Shown here: in pieces, positions 1 to 4,865 of the stretch
How positions within the stretch are numbered: position 1 is the stretch's first letter
Layout of the letters: each line of letters starts with the position of its first letter
Virus record (IMG/VR): IMGVR_UViG_3300045988_000419
Location: 1 to 5,621 of that record
Reading direction: 5' to 3' (one strand)
DNA: 5,621 nucleotides
Source: a virus
The notes under the pieces: generated by a model
Told to the model about the DNA's origin: nothing
What the model saw: the letters and a program-made list of their open reading frames with translations, nothing else
The model's database searches: none
Made by a program: the position numbers and the translations under genes

Positions 1-141
1 GATGATAATGCGGCCTTCCTGTTTGCTCTCCGTACTCTCCTGCGCAGAAATAGCGTAAGCCCGGCTCTGAGGCCCTTCTAAGGCGTTTTATGAACTTCTG
101 CACATCCTCATACCATAGCGTTTGATTTGTCTTTAAATCGC
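1..141. repeat. Terminal redundancy copy 1 (identical to 5481-5621); marks circular genome closure
   Basis: Base-by-base reading shows gatgataatgcggccttcctg...ctttaaatcgc at both ends. Confidence 0.97.
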
Positions 142-490
142 CCTTTCTGCCGCTGTATACGCCACCTCTGAAAACTTCACCGGTTTCGTGGTTGATGCAT
201 GGCACATGAGTGTCATCATAAGTTAGCGTAAGAAAATATACACTATTTGGTATAGATGTTTTTGCTTCCATTTCAATTCTTGCCGCCCAGTCTTGCCGTT
301 TCCGGATTCTACATCCGATGCATTGCCCGCACGGTACTAGCATAACGTCTTTTCGATAGATAAGGTCTTCGTATGTCAAGTTCGGATTATGTGCTCTTTC
401 AAGCGCAAAGCGCCTGAGCGTGTATACATGCCCAGACGCTTCACGGTCTTCTGGCACATAAAACCGGATTAACGGTTTATAACATGCCAT
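1..490 (-). CDS. VP4: Replication initiation protein VP4 (HUH rolling-circle endonuclease), N-terminal part. The ORF runs off the window start and continues at 5480 because the genome is circular. The full gene is 490..1 joined to 5480..4954, 338 aa.
   Basis: Manual translation from ATG 490..488 gives MACYKPLIRFYVPEDREASGHVYTLRRFALERAHNPNLTYEDLIYRKDVMLVPCGQCIGCRIRKRQDWAARIEMEAKTSIPNSVYFLTLTYDDTHVPC... with no stop down to base 1. It is in frame with the 4954..5583 ORF (490-103=387, divisible by 3). It carries a CGQCIGC Cys cluster, RCR motif I FLTLTY (about 218-235) and an HYH motif at 2-10. An AGGAG SD lies at 503..499, 8 nt upstream of the ATG. Confidence 0.93.
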   Translation of the reverse strand, partial: MACYKPLIRFYVPEDREASGHVYTLRRFALERAHNPNLTYEDLIYRKDVMLVPCGQCIGCRIRKRQDWAARIEMEAKTSIPNSVYFLTLTYDDTHVPCINHETGEVFRGGVYSGRKGDLKTNQTLWYEDVQKFIKRLRRASEPGLRYFCAGEYGEQTGRPHYH

Positions 491-493
491 TGC

Positions 494-1351
494 TTATTCT
501 CCTGTATCTCCGTTCAGATCCTGTCGTCTTTTCGCCTTTTCCTGAAGAGTTTTGCTTACTTTGCCTGCGCTGGTTTTCGCCACATCGGTGACTTTGTCTT
601 CGATGTTTTTTTCGGCCTCTGCTTTCTGTTCCTGGTCTTCTTCGGTTTTGTTGATAATCGTTCCCACGTCTTTGGCCAGTTGCTGAAAGCTGTACCCGCT
701 GTTAAATCCTTGCTGGTAATAGTCACTGACTGCGCTTGCAATGTTGTGGCTCGCATTTGCGCTGAGCTGGAAATTGCTACTTAGTGCACTTCCTCCTAGT
801 GCGCTTGTGCTTCCCAGTCCCATACTTGCCGCTCCGATTGTGCCCGCACCGCCTCCCGGTGTGCTTGCGCCTCCGTTCATTGCCGCCAAGATTGGGTTGA
901 TTCCTGCGGCCCTCATGTCTTTCACGGCTCTTTGGTAGGCTGTACTGCTCATGTGCTCTTGCCAATCGCGGTTTGCTTGAGCTTCTGCGGAGTTGTAGGC
1001 CATTGCCTCCTGCATCATTTTGCGGTTAAATTTGCCTTGATAATTCATCATGTTTCGGTTTAGCATGTATTGCAGTCCGCTTGAACCCAAGTTTCCGAGT
1101 CTCTGTAAAACCATGCTTCCGAGGTTTACGACGTCGTTACTTCCTCCGATGCTTCCGCCGATTCCCCAGCCTTCGCTTCCGCTTTCGCTGTGCCCTCCGC
1201 CCTGCGTGTATCCATTGTTGCCGCTTGTCGTTAAGGTTGTGTTGCCGCTTGTGTCATAGTATAGCTGCTCGTTTTGTTTTCGGTTTTGCCAAGAGTTCCA
1301 CAGATTGACACCTGCGTTTATGAGGCTTGGCACTACGCTCCAAAAACCCAT
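494..1351 (-). CDS. VP2: Minor capsid / DNA pilot protein VP2 (285 aa)
   Basis: It sits directly downstream of VP1, the typical gokushovirus position. It has a Gly/Ser-rich low-complexity core, an N-terminus MGFWSVVPSLINAG, and a conserved-looking STAYQRAVKDMRAAGINPILA segment typical of gokushovirus VP2. Its TAA stop (494-496) is 3 nt before the VP4 ATG. Confidence 0.88.
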   Translation of the reverse strand: MGFWSVVPSLINAGVNLWNSWQNRKQNEQLYYDTSGNTTLTTSGNNGYTQGGGHSESGSEGWGIGGSIGGSNDVVNLGSMVLQRLGNLGSSGLQYMLNRNMMNYQGKFNRKMMQEAMAYNSAEAQANRDWQEHMSSTAYQRAVKDMRAAGINPILAAMNGGASTPGGGAGTIGAASMGLGSTSALGGSALSSNFQLSANASHNIASAVSDYYQQGFNSGYSFQQLAKDVGTIINKTEEDQEQKAEAEKNIEDKVTDVAKTSAGKVSKTLQEKAKRRQDLNGDTGE

Positions 1352-1359
1352 AATACAAT

Positions 1360-1382
1360 AGCCCGAGGTATTCCCCCGGGCT
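1360..1382 (-). promoter_or_regulatory. Intercistronic hairpin between VP1 and VP2 (candidate attenuator or split ribosome-binding site)
   Basis: The minus strand reads AGAAAGGGGGA-AGCCCGGGG-GAATA-CCUCGGGCU-AUUGUAUU-AUG. This is a 9-bp stem (one G-U) that sits between the only SD-like element (AAGGGGGA, 1390..1383) and the VP2 ATG (1351). It is followed by moderately U-rich sequence. Confidence 0.5.
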
Positions 1383-1393
1383 TCCCCCTTTCT

Positions 1394-3046
1394 TTAGTGA
1401 TGATCTACCAGACCCGGGACGCTATAGAGCGGCATCGGCCGGACAGTTGTGTTTTTCACGAGGATGTCCATGATGAACTGTGGTTCGTCCTGAATTGCGA
1501 GAGTACGTTGAATTTCAGCTTTGCCCTCTTTCATCCACTCCTGAGAGAGCACAGGCACTGAGCTGTATTCGTCGGCATAGTGCCAAGAGTCCAGTGTGCC
1601 GTTTGCGTTGCTTCTGAAGAGGCCACAGACGCGGTTCGGTTTCATCCTGTATTCGCTCCATGCTTCCTGATAGCCGAAGGCCTCTTCGTCGGATGCTTCC
1701 GCTGTTGCGTAAAGCTCCTTTTTCAGTACTGCCTGCTCGCCCAAGTTTGCGAATACCGGGAAGTAGAAATCCAGCTTGTTTTTCCGACTCCACATCCGCT
1801 CGATGCCCTGTTGATATGTGTGGTCGTGTCGCACGCAGCACACACCGATGACCCAGCCGTGTTCTTCGAAGGACTTCGTAAAAGAACTTTTGCCAAATCC
1901 GGTTACGGACACTGCCGCTACGTTGCCCTGCGGGCTTTCCGTGGTCGTGCCGCTCGTCTGCACAACTTGGTTAATGTTGATCATGACCCGGTCGCCGCCC
2001 AGATACTCCGGAATCTGTGCTGTTTTATCGCTGATGCGCGTCCGGAATAGACTGTAAATTTGCTCACGATACCGAGAGCCGCCCCGTGCCAGCTCTTCGA
2101 AGTACTTTTGCACCTGAAAAGCTTTTCTCAGTTCGTTGATGCTTGTTGCGTTGACTTTCGAAAGGTCCGCGCCTAGGTAGGCTTGTTTATCACCCGTGGC
2201 GAAGATCGCTCTATTGTCGGGCATGCCGAGTATGCCCGCTGTGCCGGTCCGTTCGATTGTTCCGTTGTATATTGCGTAAAGCGATGAGTCCCATTCGGTT
2301 TTTACGTTGGCGTTTTTGTAACCTTTAATGGGCGCGTTACCGCTCAATGGAATTCTAACCGGGTCTCCCGCTCTCTGAGGCGAAGGGAGACTGCTGGAGA
2401 AGTAGTCGTGAAAGCGGTTGACAGGAAGAGGACGACCGCCCGTATATGCTTGCTGGAGAATCTTTTCGATGTTGTCCCCTGCGTCGTCCTTGTAGTCCAC
2501 AGTTGCGTCTGTCACACTGTTGATTGCCGGATTGTCCACGTTCTGGTCTCTGAACCACTCATTCCAGATTTTCACATACGCACGAATTGGCAGTGCGTTG
2601 ATTTCTGTTTTCTTCCCTGCGCCGACAAATTTGGTCGGAATGCCCATATAGTCGAGGATGCTGGCTTCTTTCGGCAGTTTGTCGGTGTCGCTTGTACCCG
2701 TGATTTTGATAGTCGGAACAGTGTACTCGACTGCCTGCACCCACGGCTCATCGGTGACTTCGCCCATGAATTCCTTCCAATGCTCCCACAGAATACGGTT
2801 CGGAACAAAGAAATAATAGTAATCCAAGTATGCGTTGTCCATTACCGGAAAAATCGGTGTGGTCATACGAATAATTGCACTCTGGTCTACAGAGAAGGTA
2901 TCGCCGGGCAAGACTTCATCCACATAAAAAGGAATGAGCTTGCCAGCGTCGAATGTTAACTTAATATCTTGGTCGCGCTTGAAACGGCTTCGCGTGATTT
3001 CCAGTGCTGGCACTTGGTTAAAGTGCGCCTCATTGTTGCGTTTCAT
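1394..3046 (-). CDS. VP1: Major capsid protein VP1 (phiX174 F-like jelly-roll, 550 aa)
   Basis: It carries hallmark gokushovirus VP1 motifs: HFNQVPALEITRSRF, GKLIPFYVDEVLPGDTF, PVMDNAYLDYYYFFVPNRILWEHWKEFMGE, INELRKAFQVQKYFEELARGGSRY and IPEYLGG. A GGAGG SD lies 7 nt upstream of the ATG (3046..3044). Confidence 0.97.
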   Translation of the reverse strand: MKRNNEAHFNQVPALEITRSRFKRDQDIKLTFDAGKLIPFYVDEVLPGDTFSVDQSAIIRMTTPIFPVMDNAYLDYYYFFVPNRILWEHWKEFMGEVTDEPWVQAVEYTVPTIKITGTSDTDKLPKEASILDYMGIPTKFVGAGKKTEINALPIRAYVKIWNEWFRDQNVDNPAINSVTDATVDYKDDAGDNIEKILQQAYTGGRPLPVNRFHDYFSSSLPSPQRAGDPVRIPLSGNAPIKGYKNANVKTEWDSSLYAIYNGTIERTGTAGILGMPDNRAIFATGDKQAYLGADLSKVNATSINELRKAFQVQKYFEELARGGSRYREQIYSLFRTRISDKTAQIPEYLGGDRVMININQVVQTSGTTTESPQGNVAAVSVTGFGKSSFTKSFEEHGWVIGVCCVRHDHTYQQGIERMWSRKNKLDFYFPVFANLGEQAVLKKELYATAEASDEEAFGYQEAWSEYRMKPNRVCGLFRSNANGTLDSWHYADEYSSVPVLSQEWMKEGKAEIQRTLAIQDEPQFIMDILVKNTTVRPMPLYSVPGLVDHH

Positions 3047-3534
3047 TACTCACCCTCCTTTTTGGCGTTATTTTCAGGTGGCTTTTCAAGTGGATTTTCC
3101 TTTAAAATGTCCAATTTCTTGGCCCATTCCACTGTGCCGTAGTCGTGGATGAATTTATCCACGTCGTTGTCGAACTTCTGCTTGGTTTCGCTCGGGAGCT
3201 TATCCCAAGTTTGCTCGGCCTGGATCATGAGATTCTGAGCTTCTGCCAGCGTTGTTGGCATTTCCGTATAGTCTACCGGTTCGCCGTCTCCCAGACTTGC
3301 GCCCAGTTTCTGTGCCGCTTCCGGATCAAAAGTGGCTCTCCTGATGATGTTTTCGATTTTAGTCTCTTCAAGGAAACTTTGGATTTCTGCATCCCTGTCG
3401 ATTTCCTCATCGAGAGCCAGTTCCTTTTTGCCTTCGCTGTTGTACTTCCACCGAAAAGTGCGCCGGATTTTATCACCCGACGCACTTGCCTCTTTCGGCA
3501 CTGCACTTGCGGTCGTGAGTCCGAATATCTTCAT
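3046..3534 (-). CDS. VP3: Internal scaffolding protein VP3 (162 aa)
   Basis: It is acidic and helical, immediately upstream of VP1, with a VDYTEMPTTLAEAQNLMIQAEQTWDKLPSETKQKFDNDVDKFI block resembling the Chlamydia-phage-type scaffold family. A GGAG SD lies 7 nt upstream. Its stop overlaps the VP1 start (TAATG at 3048..3044). Confidence 0.87.
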   Translation of the reverse strand: MKIFGLTTASAVPKEASASGDKIRRTFRWKYNSEGKKELALDEEIDRDAEIQSFLEETKIENIIRRATFDPEAAQKLGASLGDGEPVDYTEMPTTLAEAQNLMIQAEQTWDKLPSETKQKFDNDVDKFIHDYGTVEWAKKLDILKENPLEKPPENNAKKEGE

Positions 3535-3782
3535 TACTTGTCTCCTTCGCTGGCGTTGTTCGGCTTACCGTTACAGACTTTCCTCTGGGTGTTGGTGAAA
3601 GTGCCCTTGTCTTCGTCGAACTGGCCGATCTTGTAAAGTGCATAGTCTTCCGGTTCCTGTGCCATCTGACCCGTTTTGCAGGCCGCACAGAACGCTCGCG
3701 TTGCCGTTCCGTCGTTGATCGATTCGAACATCCCCATGAATTTCTGTGCCACATAGTCATATACGCTGTACATGTTCATCAT
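3534..3782 (-). CDS. Small conserved gokushovirus non-structural protein (VP5-like, 82 aa); function uncertain
   Basis: The pattern MYSVYDYVAQKF..F.S.NDGTATRAF.....PEDYALYKIGQFDEDKGTF matches, from memory, a small protein family found just upstream of VP3 in many gokushoviruses. An AAAGGAGAA SD lies 7 nt upstream. Its stop overlaps the VP3 start (TAATG at 3536..3532). Confidence 0.8.
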   Translation of the reverse strand: MMNMYSVYDYVAQKFMGMFESINDGTATRAFCAACKTGQMAQEPEDYALYKIGQFDEDKGTFTNTQRKVCNGKPNNASEGDK

Positions 3783-3847
3783 TTCTTTTCTCCTTTCATG
3801 ATTGCGAAATAGGCCACTGCAGTGACGGCCCAGACGAGACTGATCAT
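3779..3847 (-). CDS. Hypothetical 22-aa hydrophobic mini-protein MISLVWAVTAVAYFAIMKGEKK (speculative)
   Basis: Hand-translated; it is below the ORF-track length cutoff. It nearly fills the only gap (3783-3855) between two genes. It has about 16 hydrophobic residues followed by a KGEKK tail. Its TGA stop overlaps the next ATG (ATGA at 3782..3779), and its ATG lies 8 nt after the upstream stop codon. It has no SD of its own. Confidence 0.3.
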   Translation of the reverse strand: MISLVWAVTAVAYFAIMKGEKK

Positions 3848-3855
3848 AAATTCAT

Positions 3856-4038
3856 TCAGAGTCTGATTCCTCCTCTCATAGGCTTTGCTGTGAGGTTGAT
3901 ACTCTTCGTTTGGTTGGCCGTCTTGTTGTAGATTTTGGCATCCTTACGACGGCGGACTTTGTTTCTCTTGCTCAACTTCTTCACACCTCCATTCTTCAGA
4001 TCCTCTTCCAATTTCTCTTCGGATTTGCTCCATTTCAA
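3856..4038 (-). CDS. Small highly basic DNA-binding/packaging protein (phiX174 J-like / gokushovirus ORF8-like). The coordinates give the maximal ORF, and the true start is probably internal.
   Basis: The C-terminal part, KKLSKRNKVRRRKDAKIYNKTANQTKSINLTAKPMRGGIRL, is very Lys/Arg-rich. From memory, the PMRGGIRL ending recurs in small basic microvirus proteins. The track start at 4038 is a TTG. Alternative starts are GTG 3984..3982 and TTG 3975..3973, both downstream of a GGAGG at 3990..3986. There is no in-frame ATG before the C-terminal Met. It overlaps the 88-aa ORF in another frame. Confidence 0.62.
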   Translation of the reverse strand: MKWSKSEEKLEEDLKNGGVKKLSKRNKVRRRKDAKIYNKTANQTKSINLTAKPMRGGIRL

Positions 4039-4210
4039 TACTATTCGCGAAAGCCTTCTTTTGAAATGCCATGTCGATGTAAAACTTTGCGTCTTCGATT
4101 GTGGCCGCTTGCTGGCTCAGTTTGTAGGCGTTTTTGATTTCCTTGTAAGTCCTTGCAAGTGTCGTCCTTAGAGTCTCGTCGGACTGGTCTTGTACGCTCC
4201 AGCATTTCAT
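3944..4210 (-). CDS. Hypothetical protein, 88 aa, predicted helical; no recognisable family
   Basis: It has an ATG start at 4210..4208, preceded by a strong GAGGAGG SD (4223..4217) with a 6-nt spacer. It is on the same strand and in operon context with the other genes, and its charged, helical composition is plausible for a real protein. Confidence 0.68.
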   Translation of the reverse strand: MKCWSVQDQSDETLRTTLARTYKEIKNAYKLSQQAATIEDAKFYIDMAFQKKAFANSIEMEQIRREIGRGSEEWRCEEVEQEKQSPPS

Positions 4211-4221
4211 GTGATGCCTCC

Positions 4222-4347
4222 TCAGCTCATGTTGTTGGCGTTCTCGTTCTTATCTTCCAGCATGTGATAAATTTTATCAAGGACTGCGAGGATTTCGCGC
4301 AGTTTGCTAAAGATAGCGTTGACTTCTTTAAAGGTCGTTGTTATCAT
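4222..4347 (-). CDS. Hypothetical 41-aa protein MITTTFKEVNAIFSKLREILAVLDKIYHMLEDKNENANNMS (speculative first cistron)
   Basis: Hand-translated. The ATG at 4347..4345 is preceded by GAGGGGG, and the predicted transcription start is only about 8 nt upstream. The TGA stop (4224..4222) overlaps the SD of the next gene. The sequence looks like an amphipathic helix. Confidence 0.38.
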   Translation of the reverse strand: MITTTFKEVNAIFSKLREILAVLDKIYHMLEDKNENANNMS

Positions 4348-4361
4348 CCCCCTCGTAACCC

Positions 4362-4390
4362 ATTATACTACTGCCGCCGTTTTTTTTCAA
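4362..4390 (-). promoter_or_regulatory. Sigma70/SigA-type promoter for the whole minus-strand operon
   Basis: The minus strand reads TTGAAA (4390..4385), then a 17-nt spacer AAAAACGGCGGCAGTAG, then TATAAT (4367..4362). This places the start about 7 nt downstream (near 4355), just ahead of the first SD and ATG. Confidence 0.6.
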
Positions 4391-4440
4391 CCGCGCAGAA
4401 TAGCCAAGGTTGCGCAAGCAATTTTGGGCGTTCTGCGCGG
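4391..4440. promoter_or_regulatory. 10-bp perfect inverted repeat abutting the -35 box (candidate operator or cruciform)
   Basis: ccgcgcagaa (4391-4400) and ttctgcgcgg (4431-4440) are exact reverse complements separated by 30 nt. The spacer contains the palindrome ttgcgcaa (4410-4417) and a ccaa/ttgg pairing. Confidence 0.7.
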
Positions 4441-4468
4441 TTTGCCCGCTGCAGGCGAAACTTTGAGT

Positions 4469-4495
4469 TTTCAACACTTTCAACACTTTCAACAG
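4469..4495. repeat. Tandem 9-bp iterons: TTTCAACAC, TTTCAACAC, TTTCAACAG
   Basis: Three head-to-tail units occupy 4469-4477, 4478-4486 and 4487-4495. Confidence 0.9.
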
Positions 4496-4510
4496 GTTTT
4501 CCACAAAATG

Positions 4511-4532
4511 TTGCACAAAGGATTTTGTGCAA
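4511..4532. other. 9-bp hairpin between the two iteron clusters
   Basis: ttgcacaaa (4511-4519) pairs with tttgtgcaa (4524-4532), with a 4-nt loop ggat. A mutually exclusive 8-bp pairing is possible between cacaaaat (4502-4509) and attttgtg (4522-4529). Confidence 0.75.
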
Positions 4533-4543
4533 ATTGCTATATT

Positions 4544-4581
4544 CTCAACAATTCAACAATCTTTCAACAAAGTTTTCAACC
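4544..4581. repeat. Second cluster of the same motif: CTCAACA, TTCAACA, TTCAACA, TTCAACC at 8-12 bp spacing
   Basis: Copies lie at 4544-4550, 4552-4558, 4563-4569 and 4575-4581, all in the same orientation as the 4469-4495 array. Further copies lie at 4629-4635 and at the -35 box (4386-4392). Confidence 0.85.
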
Positions 4582-4694
4582 TTCTTTTGTGCGCTTTTTT
4601 TACGATGATATGTAAGAAAATGGCACTATTCAACATTTCCACACTCTCTACTACTACGGCTACAACAAATAAAATATAATAATAACTGCGAATT

Positions 4695-4753
4695 CGTATA
4701 CGCACGCGCGTGCGCGCGCGCGTTTCGCGTGCGTGCATGTGTGTGTGTATGCG
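4695..4753. repeat. Two perfect 28-nt alternating pyrimidine-purine tracts (CG/CA/TG/TA dinucleotides) separated by TTT; Z-DNA-prone low complexity
   Basis: 4695-4722 is cgtatacgcacgcgcgtgcgcgcgcgcg and 4726-4753 is cgcgtgcgtgcatgtgtgtgtgtatgcg. Every position alternates Y-R. The region contains a 14-bp perfect palindrome, cgcacgcgcgtgcg (4701-4714), and a 9-bp stem between 4700-4708 and 4726-4734. Confidence 0.9.
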
Positions 4754-4783
4754 AATACCTATGTGTGAGCAAAGCGAACGCAC

Positions 4784-4802
4784 CAACGCCGTATAGGCGT
4801 TG
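4784..4802. other. Small 7-bp hairpin
   Basis: caacgcc (4784-4790) pairs with ggcgttg (4796-4802), with loop gtata. Confidence 0.6.
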
Positions 4803-4814
4803 TGGTATGGAGGT

Positions 4815-4847
4815 TCGGGGGGTAGCGGCAGAACGCTCACCCCCCGA
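4815..4847. other. GC-rich hairpin (G-run / C-run stem)
   Basis: tcggggggt (4815-4823) pairs with accccccga (4839-4847). After a 1-nt bulge (c4838), agcg (4824-4827) pairs with cgct (4834-4837). The loop is gcagaa. There is no flanking U-tract on either strand. Confidence 0.75.
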
Positions 4848-4865
4848 TAATATTCTTGGTAATAG

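Noticed and set aside
1-141. Terminal direct repeat considered as a biological DTR/LTR or insertion-element end
   Set aside because: The repeat lies inside the rep coding sequence and restores a continuous ORF when circularised. This is the signature of an assembler overlap on a circular genome, not of physical terminal repeats.
556-3760. Minus-strand alternate-frame ORFs nested in VP2, VP1, VP3 and the VP5-like gene (556..756, 777..965, 1515..1841, 2355..2558, 2559..2744, 2572..2808, 3273..3506, 3473..3760). I considered them as possible phiX174-style overlapping genes such as an E-like lysis gene.
   Set aside because: All are Arg/Lys/Ser/Gly-rich frame-shadow translations with no hydrophobic segment, no SD-plus-ATG signature and no recognisable motif. 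Overlapping genes cannot be excluded without comparative data, but nothing in the sequence supports them.
4328-4516. Minus-strand ORF 4328..4516 (62 aa, GTG start)
   Set aside because: It contains the iteron array, the 10-bp inverted repeat and the whole predicted promoter. The KVLKVLK stretch is translated repeats, and it has no SD.
4541-4560. Loose resemblance of minus-strand TTGAGAATATAGCAAT to the AT-rich part of the phiX174 origin
   Set aside because: The match needs gaps and covers only a few bases, so it is not distinguishable from chance in AT-rich sequence.
4469-4581. Short direct repeats considered as a CRISPR array
   Set aside because: The units are only 7-9 bp and are either directly tandem or spaced 8-12 bp apart, with no spacers of 25-40 bp. 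This is inconsistent with CRISPR architecture.
4153-4615. Plus-strand ORFs 4153..4608 (151 aa) and 4304..4615 (103 aa) spanning the promoter and iteron region
   Set aside because: Their apparent length comes from repeat-derived sequence (FSTLSTLST is the translated 9-bp iterons). They run antisense to the operon start, have odd composition and have no RBS.
4805-4850. GGTTCGGGG resembling a tRNA T-arm (GGTTCGAATCC)
   Set aside because: No acceptor, D or anticodon arm can be drawn around it. The segment folds instead into a single long G-run/C-run hairpin.
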